Origin: Hormiphora californensis
Lineage: Eukaryota > Animalia > Ctenophora
Assembly (NCBI GenBank): GCA_020137815.1
Contig: CM035352.1
Span: 806,001-870,000, forward strand
Length of the DNA: 64,000 bases
Direction of reading: 5' to 3'
Below the pieces are notes generated by a model. The model was not told the origin of the DNA, made no database searches, and was given only the letters and a program-made list of their open reading frames with translations. This document shows, one piece after another, positions 36,550 through 63,313 of this stretch. The stretch's first letter is position 1. The number at the start of each line of letters is the position of its first letter. The translations under genes and the position numbers were made by a program.

Positions 36550-37650
36550 TTTGTTGTATAATGTATCAGTTACCTTGTTCAGCAGGCGTGGGATGTTACA
36601 GCTTGGAGTGGGCTGGGTAGGTAGTAACTGTGGCAGCAGTAGGATATTTCAAAACAGGATATCTGAGAGAGAGAACAATGATAGAGTATTTCATTAAATA
36701 AGCATGTTCCTGCTAGAGCTAGGTTTCGGCGGGGGTTAAATAACACAAATAAATGGTGGTGCTATTTTGAATGTTCTAACGAGAGTGGTATGTACAGCCT
36801 TGGATTGGGTCGGGTAGGTAGTAACTGTGCAGCAGTAGAATCTTTCAAGAAATGGATACCCTTCCGACGAGAGGTGGAGGAGCAACAATGTGAGATATAT
36901 TCATAAAGTTTCTTTCATGGATGGTCTTCTGACTAAGTAACTAACGAGCCAGTTGCGTAGCAGACCCTTTATCAGAGAAGAGGATCAGGAGTCGAATTGA
37001 TTAACAATGGAAATGAACCTCCGCACATGCTGCCGTTCCTCACCCGATCATGCAGGTCTTCTCGATCCTGGCTCTAACATCAATCTGCCTATGCAGGTCT
37101 CTGATTGGCTGAGATTATCACGTGACACGAATCCTCGCACGACAGATGAACTCTGGTCTCTCACTCTCTCTCTCTCTCTCACACCCTCTCAACGGTCGCT
37201 TTGAACTGATAAAGAGATAAGGTTTGAAAAGTTAAAGAATTTGGGGATGGGCCGATGGTTAGAAAGTGTTAAAAAAAGTTAAAGTGGGCCTGGGGACCCT
37301 GGCCTGGGAAAATAGTTGCAACACCCTCTCTCAGTGGCTTATCTCTTGCGAATCAAAGCGGTTCTCAGACAACAATCTCTCTACAAACCCTCTCTCAGTC
37401 TCCCCATCACACTATCTGTCCCTCTGCAGCTGCTACATAGAGCGGGCGGTAAGCGGACTCTAGTGATAAAATCACGAAAAGCGAACTCGAGATTTCGGCC
37501 GTCAGGCCGGAAACGAGAGTTTGCTGTGTCTCTATACATTATACTCATGCATTTGGAAGTATTAGGGCCGTTATTTGGGTTCGAGTTTAGGGGTTAGTGT
37601 AAAGGTTAGGGTTAGATATAGAGTCCTCCTTGGGTTTAGATAGAGCCTAC

Positions 37651-38440
37651 CAGAGTGGGCATATGACGTTTTCTTTTCTGCATAATCGTTCTAAAGCTAA
37701 TTCCACTTCTAAGGTACTCTATGGGGTCCCTAGAAACACCCGCTGAGTTTGTTGCAAGATCGGCGATGAAGAACTTGACTTAATTGGGCCTAATTGGTTA
37801 CAGGATGTTTTCAGGCTAAAGCCAAAACCATAAGTACCCTTAGAATAGGAGTAGAGTAAAAACCGAGGGCACTAGAGTGATCAGTGTCCTCACATTAGTG
37901 TGGGTAGGTGCTGGAATTAAGTCTTTATCATCTGGTTAATTAGATAATTAGATAATTAGATGCGCACATGGCCGTTTTTGGCTATATGGCTATAGCCACT
38001 TAGAAATGGTTTTGAGCAGTGAGCACCTTCAAAGCCAAATAACGGCTAACCGGTTGGAGATAGAGCTTAGAAGTCCGACGTCGACCCCCATAACTTGGCC
38101 ACTGCCTAAAAAATGGCATCAGCTATAATAGCCATATAGCCAAAAACGGCTATGTGCGGATCTAATTATCCAATTAACTAATTAACCAAATGAGATAGAG
38201 ACTTTTCATGGGAGTCTACCCCCACTAATGCGAGGGCGCTGATCACTTGGTGTTTTCTCTTTTCATTTCCTAAGATTGTTTGAAAACACCCTGTATCCTG
38301 TAACCAATTAGGCCTAATTAAGTCAAGTTCTTGCAACAAACTCAGAGGGTGTTTCTAGCGACCCCATAGAGTACCCTAGAAGTGGAATTAGCTTTAGAAC
38401 GATTATACTTGCCGGATTTCGACGTCATATTACCACTCTA
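37651..38440. mobile_element. Second foldback element sharing its core with 35555-36549 but with different TIRs
   Basis: CAGAGTGG..ATATGACGT ... ACGTCATATTACCACTCTA ends; inverted arms TTCTAAAGCTAATTCCACTTCTA..; shared core CTTAGAATAGGAGTAGAG..GGTAGGTGCTGGAATTAAGTCT. Confidence 0.8.
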
Positions 38441-38969
38441 ACACTGTAGTTGTTGCCATTTCCGCATCATAATGATGCTTTAGCCTACAGCATCATTGAC
38501 ATTATGATGTGGAAAATGGCAACGACATCGACATCCTGTTCTATAACAAAAACCGTCTCGGAGAAAAAAGCTGAAGTCCTGTCAGAGATTTGGCCTGACC
38601 CTAGCGAGAAATGTGGTCAGAGCATTGGCCTGACAGTTGAACTGACGCGGTAACAGAGAGGACGCTTGCCATGCTACGCAATCTGTCCATTCGGCCTGGT
38701 GTGGGAGCCTACAGAGTACTGTAACAGGCTGGGAACATGTCAAGAGGACGCGGTCTACCGGGTGGAGAAAGAGCGGCAATGTTTGATCAGGCCCCACAAA
38801 ATCCGTTGTCACGTGATCTGACTGGTGGACGCGCGGAGAGGAACAGAACGCTGTACTCAGCACAACATAACAACCCCCGCGCCCTCCATACAGTTTGGAC
38901 AGTTTTGGCGGGAGAGTGCGTCGTGTGTGCGCCTCTGGACTGGCGGGCCTCCAAGTGCCTTGCACAACA

Positions 38970-41312
38970 CTGCCGTTTTAATGTAGAACGGCGTAAGTCC
39001 ATTTTTATGAAAATTGAGATATTGGTATCTACTTCTTCAGAATTTTAAGCTCTTTCAGATGAGCTCACTCTCATCATTGAGTCTTGAAAAATGAGGGAGC
39101 TAGAAGCAAAACAAGCTTTTTGCTAGTCTTTTTATAAAAGGGGTTAAGTCCACAAAAACCCTCTTTTCAGATGTGTAAAAGGACGCAAGTCCATCTTACT
39201 AAAATCATGAACATAAAAGGACGTAAGTCCACGCTGTGTGCGTGATTTTCTTAGCGTGGACTTACGTCCTTTTACAATTTTCAGTATTTGTGCAAATTAT
39301 CATTGTACACTCGAGTTGTTACACTCGAACTGAACACAAAGGACCTGAGCTGAAGATCTCAGCGTCGTCAAAAATAGGCTAAAAAGGTAAATAATTGATA
39401 TAAATGCCTAAACCACTCTACCCGACTAATTTCGATACGCTGAATCACGTGAGCTACTTTGAAAAGCGCTCAGAGCAGAACAAAGTGTCCTAATTGAGCA
39501 TAATTGGGTCTAATTGACCAAAATTGTGACTTATCGCATGAATACGCTATCAATATGAGGGCACATTTCACACAATAATCAATAGGAAAGTGTCCTAATT
39601 AATGAAAGCTTTGGGTCTAATTGACCAAGTTTTCAACTTCTTTCCAAGAAAAGCTAAAGGTGTGTTGTGTCAGGGCACTTATTTCACTTATTTCACATAT
39701 ATATTAATAATATTTTGATACACTGAATCGCATAGGCAACTTTTCCAAGCTCTCAGAGCATGCGAAATACATTTATTGTGATTAATTGGACATCGTTGGG
39801 CCGCCTAGTACGGGCGATATCGCTTGGCAAGTCCAGGCATTCTGTAGATAGATAGATATCCCTCAGACCCTATTAGATACACCTCCAACAATGTCTCATT
39901 TAGATATTAGGGGGGGGGGGCTGCCTCAAAAATCTCAGCTACCCTGATTTTGGCCAATGAGATTTTTGGGCAAATTTGCTCAATTACGTTTAAGATTAGA
40001 TAGATAGATAGACGTTTAAGATTTTTGAGATTTTTGTGGTAAATTGGCACAATTTTGGATGCCAATACTCAGTCTTTCGTCATATTTTTTAGTTTGAAAC
40101 CATACCATACTATTAATTTAGTAACTTAATTAGGTCAATGTTGTATTTTAGCTTCTTATTAACATTTGTGTTTGAACACAAGGAAAGTTTCTATTCAGAA
40201 TTTCGATTTTTGGAAAAAGACACAAGGATTGTTTCTATCCCAAATTTTAGGATGGAAATTTTTCCTTTCTATGAGATTTTTGAGAAAAGTTTGTGATTTT
40301 GCCCGGAATAATAGCAGATTTGCCTCAAAAATCTCATAGATTTCACTTTTTTTGGCCAAAAGTCGAAAATCTCAAAAATCTCAGCTACCCTGAAAATCGC
40401 CAATGAGGCATGAGATTCTTGCAGCAGCCCCCCCCCCCGCCCCATTAGACAACCCTCATACCCTACTCGATGCCCTTGAGACCATATAGGCACCCATTAG
40501 CATCTACTAGATACACCTCAAACCCAATAAGATTCCCTAAGAAGGACATTACAGCAAGACTTGACGGATATCTAGCAAAAATGAGAGAAGAAGGGAGAGC
40601 TCTCTAAGAGAGAGAAAGATAGAGAAAGAGAGAGGGGGACGGATGAGATCTCCGGTGCGGGACGAGGTTAATATTGGTCCTTTTTGTTATAATATTCGGC
40701 TGTAAGATTGTTACACCCGAATTTAATACTAACAGCTCACTTCTCAATGTCAATTGATGTCCGACTAATCCCAATAAATGTAATTTGCCTGCTCCGAGAG
40801 CTTGGAAAAGTTCCGATTCAGTGTATCAAAATAAGTGGAATATCTGGTCAATTAGACCCAATTATGCTCAATTAGGACACTTTGTTCAGCTCTGAGCGCT
40901 TTTTAAAGTAGCTCACGTGATTCACCGTATCGAAATTAGTCGGGTAGAGTGGTTTAGGCATTTATATCAATTATTTACCTTTTTAGCCTATTTTTGACGA
41001 CGCTGAGATCTTCAGCTCAGGTCCTTTGTGTTCAGTTCGAGTGTAACAACTCGAGTGTACAATGATAATTTGCACAAATACTGAAAATTGTAAAAGGACG
41101 TAAGTCCACGCTAGGAAAATCACGCACACAGCGTGGACTTACGTCCTTTTATGTTCATGATTTTAGTAAGATGGACTTGCGTCCTTTTACACCTCTAGGT
41201 CTGCATTTGCGTGGACTTACGCCCTTTTACAATAACTGAAAACCAAATTTTTGAACGTGAATATCTCAAAACGGGGAAAATGGACTTACGCCGTTCTACA
41301 TTAAAACGGCAG
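38970..41312. mobile_element. Non-autonomous TIR element with 4-bp target duplication (superfamily uncertain)
   Basis: AACA|CTGCCGTTTTAATGTAGAACGGCGTAAGTCCATTTT...AAAATGGACTTACGCCGTTCTACATTAAAACGGCAG|AACA; internal near-perfect ~350-bp inverted repeat (39173-39520 vs 40846-41190) with repeated GGACGTAAGTCC motifs. Confidence 0.85.
39909..40438. mobile_element. Nested small inverted-repeat element
   Basis: (G)n-CTGC ... GCAG-(C)n ends and repeated CTCAAAAATCTCAGCTACCCTGA motifs. Confidence 0.5.
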
Positions 41313-41426
41313 AACAGGTGGTACGTGGACGCAGTTATATACACGGAGATTTATATGGGGGCCAATAAATGTTAAGATGTAAATGAAAACACTCTGATAT
41401 AGCTATCATTGTCTCTCTCTCAGTGT

Positions 41427-42947
41427 TTAATATCTCCTCCTGCGTCCAGGACTACTCCTGCGGCCACTGCTGCCACTCTTCCTGCTGCCTGCCATGACAT
41501 GTCGACCCTTCCCAAAGGTATCAACACCCAGCTTGTGTCTCACCTCCTTGCTGGCTGCCTTGACATGGAGGAAGTTACAATAGCCCCCTCTGGTACACTC
41601 ACTCGTCTCGTACTGCCGGCAACATGCCTCCCTGAAATCCGTGACGGGCGACAACTCTGCGTAGATGGGCATTGAGTTGTACCAGCGGTTATTGAGGGCT
41701 TCCACTGCCTTCTGGGCGTCCTCCTCTTTTTTGAACATTATGTAGATATTACCTGCATTACGCACAACGTGTTACACTGAAATAACTGAAACAGTGGCTG
41801 TAGTCAGATATATACGAGAGGAATAATAGAGGGAGGGCAGGGAATAATTCAAACACTGTCTTGATACAAACCGAGAGGGGGGTTCCTATGATTGGGATAA
41901 GAGGATACAAATCAGTAACCTCAGTACTGTCCCCAACCTACCTACAAGATGATCTCCTAGGTTCTCACAAATATTTAGCTCCTCAATGGGCCCATATTTG
42001 TCCACCATCTCTACATAGATATCTTCGAAGAAATCGTCAAAGTGTGATTGAATCTGGTCCTCAGGAACCCCACCTTGTCGCTGTATGAGAAGAATTTATT
42101 TGAATTCCATTTTTTGCCTGAACTTTTGCAAACAGGGGGAAGTCAGTGTAAAACCCGGTGTAAAGAGAGCGTTCGAAGACACAATAATGCAAAGGTAACT
42201 CTTTTCACAACTACAAATTTACTACAATTAATTGATATAATATATCAATTGATACTAAGTAATTACAGCTAATTAACACACCTGCATTTCAGGGTTGACA
42301 GTAAGGTTAATAGGGCTCCTGTACATGTGGTTTAGCAGGACGGTCTGGCTGTAAGTGGGCCTGTTGTGCTGTCTGGAACACCTGTCACCATGTGTACACG
42401 CTCCTGGGAGGGGAATGGGGTTAGGAGGGGGAGAAATGGGGTTAGGAGGGGGATAAATGGGGTTAGGAGGGGGATACATGGGGTTAGGAGGGGGATAAAT
42501 GGGGTTAGGAGGGGGATAAATGGGGTTAGGAGGGGGATACATGTGGTTAGGAGGGGGATAAATGTGGTTAGGAGGGGACTGGGGTTAGGAAGGGGATAAA
42601 TGGGGTTAGGAGGGGGATGGGGTTAGGAGGGGGATACATGGGGTTAGGAGGGGGATAAATGGGGTTAGGAGGGGGATAAATGTGGTTACAACCGGGTAGC
42701 TGATGAGTGATCTTGGCATCTGTCCATCAGATTGAAGGAACTCAATATAGTACAGGAATTATTAGCACGCCCGGGCATGCTACTGGCTGCAGCTTGATAT
42801 TTAGGAGAGCGTGCTTTAAAAGTAAACAAACACTGCTCTCTCCCTAGTTAAAGTAACAATCTCACCACACGTACCTGTTTTGAAGTAAAAAGGGCAGTTC
42901 ACACGATCCTTTTCAGTTCCAAATATAGATGCTAGAAACTCTGCCAT
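41427..42947 (-). CDS. U2AF1: U2 auxiliary factor small subunit (U2AF35)
   Basis: Four exons: [25 protein letters not shown] | [20 protein letters not shown] | [23 protein letters not shown] | [41 protein letters not shown]. Confidence 0.96.
42407..42690. repeat. 21-bp G-rich minisatellite (GGGGTTAGGAGGGGGATAAAT)n in U2AF1 intron 1
   Basis: About 13 copies immediately upstream of the exon-2 acceptor on the - strand. Confidence 0.95.
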
Positions 42948-43147
42948 ATTCCTAGCTATAAAGAGAGAGAGAGATATTAGGTATGGAAGACCAAGATAAT
43001 GAGACAAGTTACCGGGTGTTATTGCCTGGTTGAAATACAGTACGATATGGGTTGCTTGGAACATTGGGGGGTAACAGTTGATACAGTTGATAATACTGTG
43101 TTTGAGTTTAGCGGCATTATAAGTGTGGTGTAAATGATGCGATCAAA

Positions 43148-43222
43148 TCAGGAAATACTGGTCCCTGATTGGCTGATAACCAGTCACGTGACCTAAATAA
43201 CGAGTTCTGATTGGTTGGTTAC
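43148..43222. mobile_element. Short repeat fragment with two CCAAT boxes and a CACGTG, flanked by a ~40-bp direct duplication
   Basis: TTAGCGGCATTATAAGT(GT)GGTGTAAATGATGCGATCAAA at 43108-43147 and 43223-43260 flank TCAGGAAATACTGGTCCCTGATTGG..TCACGTGA..CTGATTGG. Confidence 0.75.
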
Positions 43223-43955
43223 TTAGCGGCATTATAAGTGGTGTAAATGATGCGATCAAAACAATAGCTGTACCTCATAATAACATTACACACGCTCTCT
43301 CTCAGCCCATGAGTAGCAATCCTTACTATATACTTCTAGGGTGTGTGTGTGACGCATACATGTAGGGAACAACACACACACACACACCCTCTCTCTCTAT
43401 ACTAGTTAAAGTAACAATCTCTCTCCTCACACTGCATGCCCCCTTTAACTGGGTATTATATCACTCGATCTACAAACAGATTACAGCACACCACCATCTT
43501 TCACATACTACTTGTAAGGAAATACATTATATGGGATGAACACTGCGTAAAAAACGAAGAAATTTGATGGCGTGGTTAATGTGTAATACAAGAAAAAAAA
43601 TCAGCAAATTTCTCTTAGTTTCCCTCTGACAAAAACTCTGAACAAGGGTGGGTGCCAGTTGGTCAGGGAGCGTGTGTGTGTGTTTAGCACCACACCACTA
43701 CCATTCCATCCCCGATCAGGGAGTGACACTTGACATACCCTACTGAAGATCCTAAATTTCGTAACTCACTGATTTGAGTAATAATAGTTATTATCTACAC
43801 TTGATGTGTGTCCCAACTAATTGTAACAATTCTACATTAAATTATACTCCTCACATTATACCAGTGTCTATACCACACAGACGTACAGAAATCAATATAT
43901 TCATTAGTTCTCAGTAACAATAACTCTTATAATCATCTCTCTCTCTCTCTCTCTA

Positions 43956-46900
43956 CTAGCTGTCGTATCTCAATATCTTGGCGCTACTCTTGACAGTCTT
44001 GCTGCTCCATTGAGGATTGTCCTTGAAGAACACAGCACTACTTCCACCACCACTGCTGTTATTCCTCACCTCACTGTTAATAATGTCCATTTGTTTAGTG
44101 GGGCTCTCTCCAAACACGTAGGGAGGGACGGAGGAGGCACGCCGGGGTGACACGGATATGTTATATCCCTCAATGCGTCGTGGGGAGAACTTCTGGGAGA
44201 AGAGAGTGGGCATGGGTGATAGTGGTGCACTGAGATTGAGTGTCCCCAGGGATGTTTCCTTCACAAACGAGGAGACGTGGGGGATGAACACTGAGTTGTA
44301 GAACTTTATCACATCACCATGCTCTGACCCGCTCTTGTTCTGGGGACACGCACACTGCAGGGTGCTGGGCAGGGACTCTGTTCGAAGAAGAACGCTCCTA
44401 TAAATATACACCTTATCATTCACCTGGGGCTGCTCCCGATAACATTCAATAATCTGTTTAAAGGTAACGTGATTCAGGTTGTCTGCCTTGACAATCAGGT
44501 AACACGCACTCATCATGATTTGATCCATGTGGCGCTGATAAAACAGGTGCACATGGTGTGTCAGGGTATACTCGAATACAGTCCAAATCTTCTGCATTGT
44601 GTCCTCACCGAACCGTAACCGCTCACACAAGTTGTTGATCCGGAGTGAGGCGAGGTTATAGACCTTCCTGAAGAACATTTGAAGGGACTTCTTAACTGGA
44701 GGCCGAGGTGGCGGGCTCATCACCCCCATATTAGTTATCGTGCTGACTAGGGCAGATACGGGGGTCTGAGCACCGCCCTCTCTGGGAACTGAAGGTTCAG
44801 GTAGGTGACTGGGCAGATTGGGCAGCACCCTAATGCCACTGATGCCACTCGTGGGAGGCGCTGTACAATGTTGCTTGTCCAGGTGCTCAAAGGGACTGGC
44901 ATTACTTGTTAGGGGTGTCAGGCCTCTCTTTCTATCAACCCTCTGCATTCGGTGCGGGTTTGGTGTGTTCATTCCCTTGTTTGTTGGTTTTACTTGCTCG
45001 TATTTGGGTGGCCGGGGTGGGTTACACTCAGACAGTTGGTCGTAGAGAGGGGAATCTTTACCCCATACCATGCTCTCCAACATGGTCTCCTCTATACTGT
45101 TCAGGTGCTTTATTATCGTGCGGGACAAACCTGCAGAGAAGATGGGGGTCAGCGAGAGGGGGAGATAGAGAGCGGGAAAGAGGGAGTGGGAGAGATAGAA
45201 AGATATGGAGAGAGGGCCGGGGCCAGGGAGGGGTGGTCAGGTAGAGGTGAGAAAGCAGATATTTAGCACTAGAAAACCACCCGGAAACAGTGTACCCAAT
45301 ACACTAAAGTGATGTCATTAAGATTGCATCTACTTAGTGCTCTCTATTTTCTCTCTCTCCCACTCTCTCACTCTTCCACACACACACTCTCTCTCTCTCT
45401 CTTCCACACACTCACTCCCACGACCTACACACATTCTGGTACGTACAAGCTTCTCAACTTTTTCCCGCCAAATTCCTACATCTCGTTTCCTCATACCTCT
45501 AATAAAAACAACACCAGTTAAAGTTTCACAGTCTCAAATTTCCCGCCTCTCATCAATTTCCCGCTATGATACACTCTCTCTCTCCTAAACCCAACGATCT
45601 CACCATCAAGTTATATACCCACTCAACACCCGATTCTCTACACCATCTCTAAATACCTCCAACTATACAATAACAACAACCTACCAGTATCGTGCATGAT
45701 GATGGTCTCAATGACTTTAGACACAAAGAAAGCGTGGAGATTGAGGGCCCCCAGTATCCAGGGAAACTTCCTATCGCTCGTTCCATACGAGTTTAGTACT
45801 ATCTCCAGACTCATTGCAAAGGTAGCTGATATGAAGTCCACATTACATATCACGTTCTTCAAAGCAATATTTCCACATCGCGTTGCCTCAGATTTGATGA
45901 TACACTCAAATAACCGGTAAAATAACCGCACGCCGTGGTCCAGTCTGAGACGGGCAAAGTCCTCAGCCCGGGGCTCTCCATTGCAATATGAACGGACAAA
46001 CTTCTCAGAAAGGCTCTTTTCCAGTGTTATCAGGTTTGTCTTTACTTGCGGCTCAAACCGGTTTAGAATCTTTTCAAGCTCAGGATTCGGTCGATTTCTG
46101 AAAGGAGTAATATGTGAGGTTAGAGAAAGAGATTTTAGAACTAAATCACACAAATAAGATGGCCAAATATGGTCATGAGGTAGCATGTGAAATGTATATT
46201 TCTAACCCGTAACTGAGAATAAGATTGTTAAGTCTGTTCATTATATCAGCCTGCTCAGAGATGGGTGTCCGTAACAACTTCTCCTCCTCAGCAGGCAGGT
46301 ATTTCCTGTTGCTGTACGGGGTTGGAGGGGGTACCAGGGCCAGGGACGTACTTTCAACCTGGGAGAGGAGAGGTGGAGGTGAGGGAAAATAGGAACATAC
46401 TCTTCAGAACAGTTGGGGATTATGAAACATGTAGAGACATACAGCGAGCTAACTAATGACACTTCTTGAGGCACATAATATAGCTAATTGCTCAGCCCTC
46501 CCTCAAAAGAAGAAGTAGGTAGCACATGAAAAATATCTAGGTAAAGTTGCAACAACTCACCTTGAAAAGGTTCTTCTTGGCTTTATTGCTCAGTTCACTG
46601 GGTGTCCTTGGTACAGTGGATTGTTTGCTAGGTGTTCTATCACCAGGTGTCCTGACATCCTTTACAGTGCCTTCCAGGAACAACCTGTTATCGTACTCTC
46701 CCAGTTTCAGGATGTGCGTATCGTACTCGTTAGTGACACTTTTAACGTTGGTATCGAATACCGAGCCCTCAAATATACCCTTATCATTTTCCAGTCCTGC
46801 TTTTAAAATTGACTGGATGAAGTACTGTTTTATCAGGGGTTTCAGGTGGTAGTCTCGGATTCGTTTGGTTTCCGTTGAGTCCATCTTGATAAATTCCTGG

Positions 46901-48331
46901 CAGAGTCTATCCACTATAGAAGTGCTCTGGGTAGACCTGGGGGAGTTATAGAGGTAGTAAGGTAGATTGATAATTATAGGGGTGGCAACAGGGGAGATGG
47001 GACAGGGGAAGGTAGCAACATCTGGTAGAACCAATTTGAAGGAGAGGAAATGTGTAACTAACTAAATTTACCGGGGGGGGGGGGGGTGAAGGGATAGTTG
47101 AAAGGGTGGGTCCCGGTGGACAGATAAGACGTATTGGCATAAATATGCGACATATATTAAGGATTAGGGAATGGGAGATGAGCCAAAAATATTGATAGAG
47201 AGGGACCTACTTGAAGGCGTTTCGACCGTTTTCAGAGAGCAGGGATGGGTCTGTCAACATGACTTCCCCGAAACAGAAATCCACCACTGCCAGCAGCAAC
47301 TGAGTAGAGGACAGTACTTCATCAATGGAGTTTGGGAAGGCTGACTTTACATTGCAGTAAAATGTCCAGATGAATTTGAAGAGTTCAACACTGGTGATCT
47401 CGCGTTTAATCTTCTTGCTTCTCTTCGCTTTAAAGTTGAGCTCAGGATCCCGGACCATTGAGGTGAAGATTTGTTTGTATTTGTTGTAGATTTGCGAGGT
47501 TACTACCCACCTGGGAGGGGAAACACAATTAGGAAAGGGAGGGAGGAGGTAATGGGATAGATTTAGAAAGGGAGGGGGCTTGAGGAAGGTCGTTATTAAA
47601 TTTCAATTGAAATACACACTTTCTCCGGAGGTTATCAACATGTTTTCTGAAATCCTCTGTATTGTTCGCCGTCACCTGCCACAGGTAGAGGTATTTCTGG
47701 ATGAAGTCCTCAAATGTCAGCTCTATTGTCTGAGAGGGAGATATCAAGTGTTAACTGGTGACGTTTGGTATTAAGTTGCACAAATGAGGCGGGAAAGTTT
47801 AAACTCAAGGGTGTTCGCACGAGGCCATCCTGTTGCAACAGTTTAGCAGAGGAGCTGATCATCTACAGCTTCGAACAACCTAAAGTGAGTGAAGATAATA
47901 CCTTTAGGAGCTGGGTTACAGAGATGTAGTTCCCTCGCTGTGATTCCCCGCCCAGGGTTACAAGAGATCGACTGAAGCAGCAATCATACAAAGCACAGGC
48001 AAACCAATAGATGGGCTTCCCTTCTAATTTAAATTCTAGTGATCTTTCGTATCTGTAGGGATGTAACAATAGTTAGTAAATTGTGAACAATACAACAACA
48101 GTGAGTAGTATATGCTGTCAATGTTCAGTTCTAAACACTATCTGTACCCAATTTATGTACAGATAAGATTGATTTCTATATCCATTTTACTAATTGAACC
48201 GGTACCCCGGCTTTCCCAAAAAAAATCTGTACAGCAGATCCATACTTTTTAAGAGCGTCCATTTTCGTCTGCTCATCCATATTGAGGGCCAAGCAGAGAT
48301 TTTTGAATTCAGCAGCATAATCATCCGCCAT
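43956..48331 (-). CDS. Retinoblastoma-family pocket protein (p107/p130-like)
   Basis: N-terminal LCLALNMDE..LEGKPIYWFACALY; PTPYSNRKYL motif; pocket A FAMSLEIV..FPWILGAL..FFVSKVIETII..IIKHLNSIEETMLESMVW; pocket B SLQMFFRKVYNLASLRI..RHMDQIMMSACY..YREQPQ..GDVIKFYNSVF; stop at 43956. Confidence 0.95.
45461..45564. promoter_or_regulatory. Cluster of E2F consensus sites in last Rb intron
   Basis: TTTCCCGCCAAA 45461-45472, TTTCCCGCC 45539-45547, TTTCCCGC 45557-45564. Confidence 0.55.
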
Positions 48332-48879
48332 CCTATTGAGGAATCTACAGTTAACACAACAACTGTACAACAAAAGGGCTTCCCATAGTGGGACCCTCAA
48401 AAATTAGTCAAACGCGACTCCATACCGGCTTAATAATGCCTGAGACTGTTAGAGAGTTAGGACGGTTCTCGTCATGGGGGATAGTCATTGATTGAATCTG
48501 AACTCATTGAAGGTGTTAAGGTGTCCCTAGCTCCGATTTGAAGTCCTCCAATGATTGGGGTGCGTTAATAGTTTTCAGTAGACAGTTGCAGGGGAAATGC
48601 AGTTTTTGAAACTGTCCGCCCATCCTTGATTTGGCACAGTTCATATATGAGATATCTCCAGTTGCTGGTAAGATAGTGACTTCAAAAGTGGATGTTAGAA
48701 AGAACTCGAAATTTTCATCACATCATCCAAATATGATGTCTCTATCTTATCAGGGAGTCGAGCTATGATCTGTAACGCGAGTTGCAGCAAAAGTGAGTGG
48801 AAACGGAAAGTTTCAAAAAATCTGCAAATCTGAAACTGCGAAAATTTTAAAAACCGTGCAATGCAAATGCAATGCATTC

Positions 48880-49070
48880 ATTGACGCGACAGTCATTTGG
48901 TGTTTCCTTTCGCGCGTTACGTTTACAAAATTGAAGCTCTTATCGCGCGGCGCAGCACGAAATTCGCGTTTCAAATTTGTGTTTCAAATTTCTTTTTCCT
49001 TCTTTCTTTCTTTCTTTCTTTTTCAGTCCTCCGGGATTCGACGCAGTGCAAGGCCCAAGGGTGAGGTATA
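48880..49070. promoter_or_regulatory. Putative divergent Rb/SERCA promoter with E2F and CHR-like motifs
   Basis: CpG-rich patch between head-to-head genes: TTTCGCGC at 48908-48915, further CGCG boxes, TTCAAA (CHR on the - strand) at ~48970 and ~48983. Confidence 0.5.
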
Positions 49071-49596
49071 TTGTGTACGCCAAAATGAACACCTCTTAAC
49101 TTACCATGATGCGATTAAGCCGTATTAAGCCGTTGCTGCTCGTTAGACGTCAAGGCTCAAGGCTGGTGGCTCGAAATCGCCCTTTTGAAATAAGTATCAA
49201 AATTCAAATAGCATAGATGTCAGATGATAGCCGACAGGTCATAAAGGCTTGCTTGAATATTTGTACAGTAAAAAGTGGTACATTTAAATGGCTAAACTCT
49301 GACAATTTTTTCAAAGTCGTATTTCATTAAGAAAGACCTAGAGGTTTCGCCCAACCGTCACGTTCTCAGTTCTGGAATTGCGATCCACTTTAGGAAGTTA
49401 TGATTCGTGAACGACGTCACTGTATCTTATTGAAACTTAATACATTTATGAATTAAGCATTTAACGAGTATGTAGTTTAAGAATAAGTTGTCTTAATTAA
49501 TAATTGAATTTAACATGAACCCCTGAATAGGTCAACTTGCACATATAAAGAGATCAAATACATATCAACGAAATATAATACAGTCAGGGAACGACT

Positions 49597-63313
<13,717 letters not shown>

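Noticed and set aside
36597-36860. ~60-bp direct repeat pair (possible LTR remnant)
   Set aside because: Too short, no TG..CA ends, PBS or internal coding region
37560-37616. TTAGGG-like motifs as a telomere
   Set aside because: Only a few degenerate units inside a small interspersed repeat
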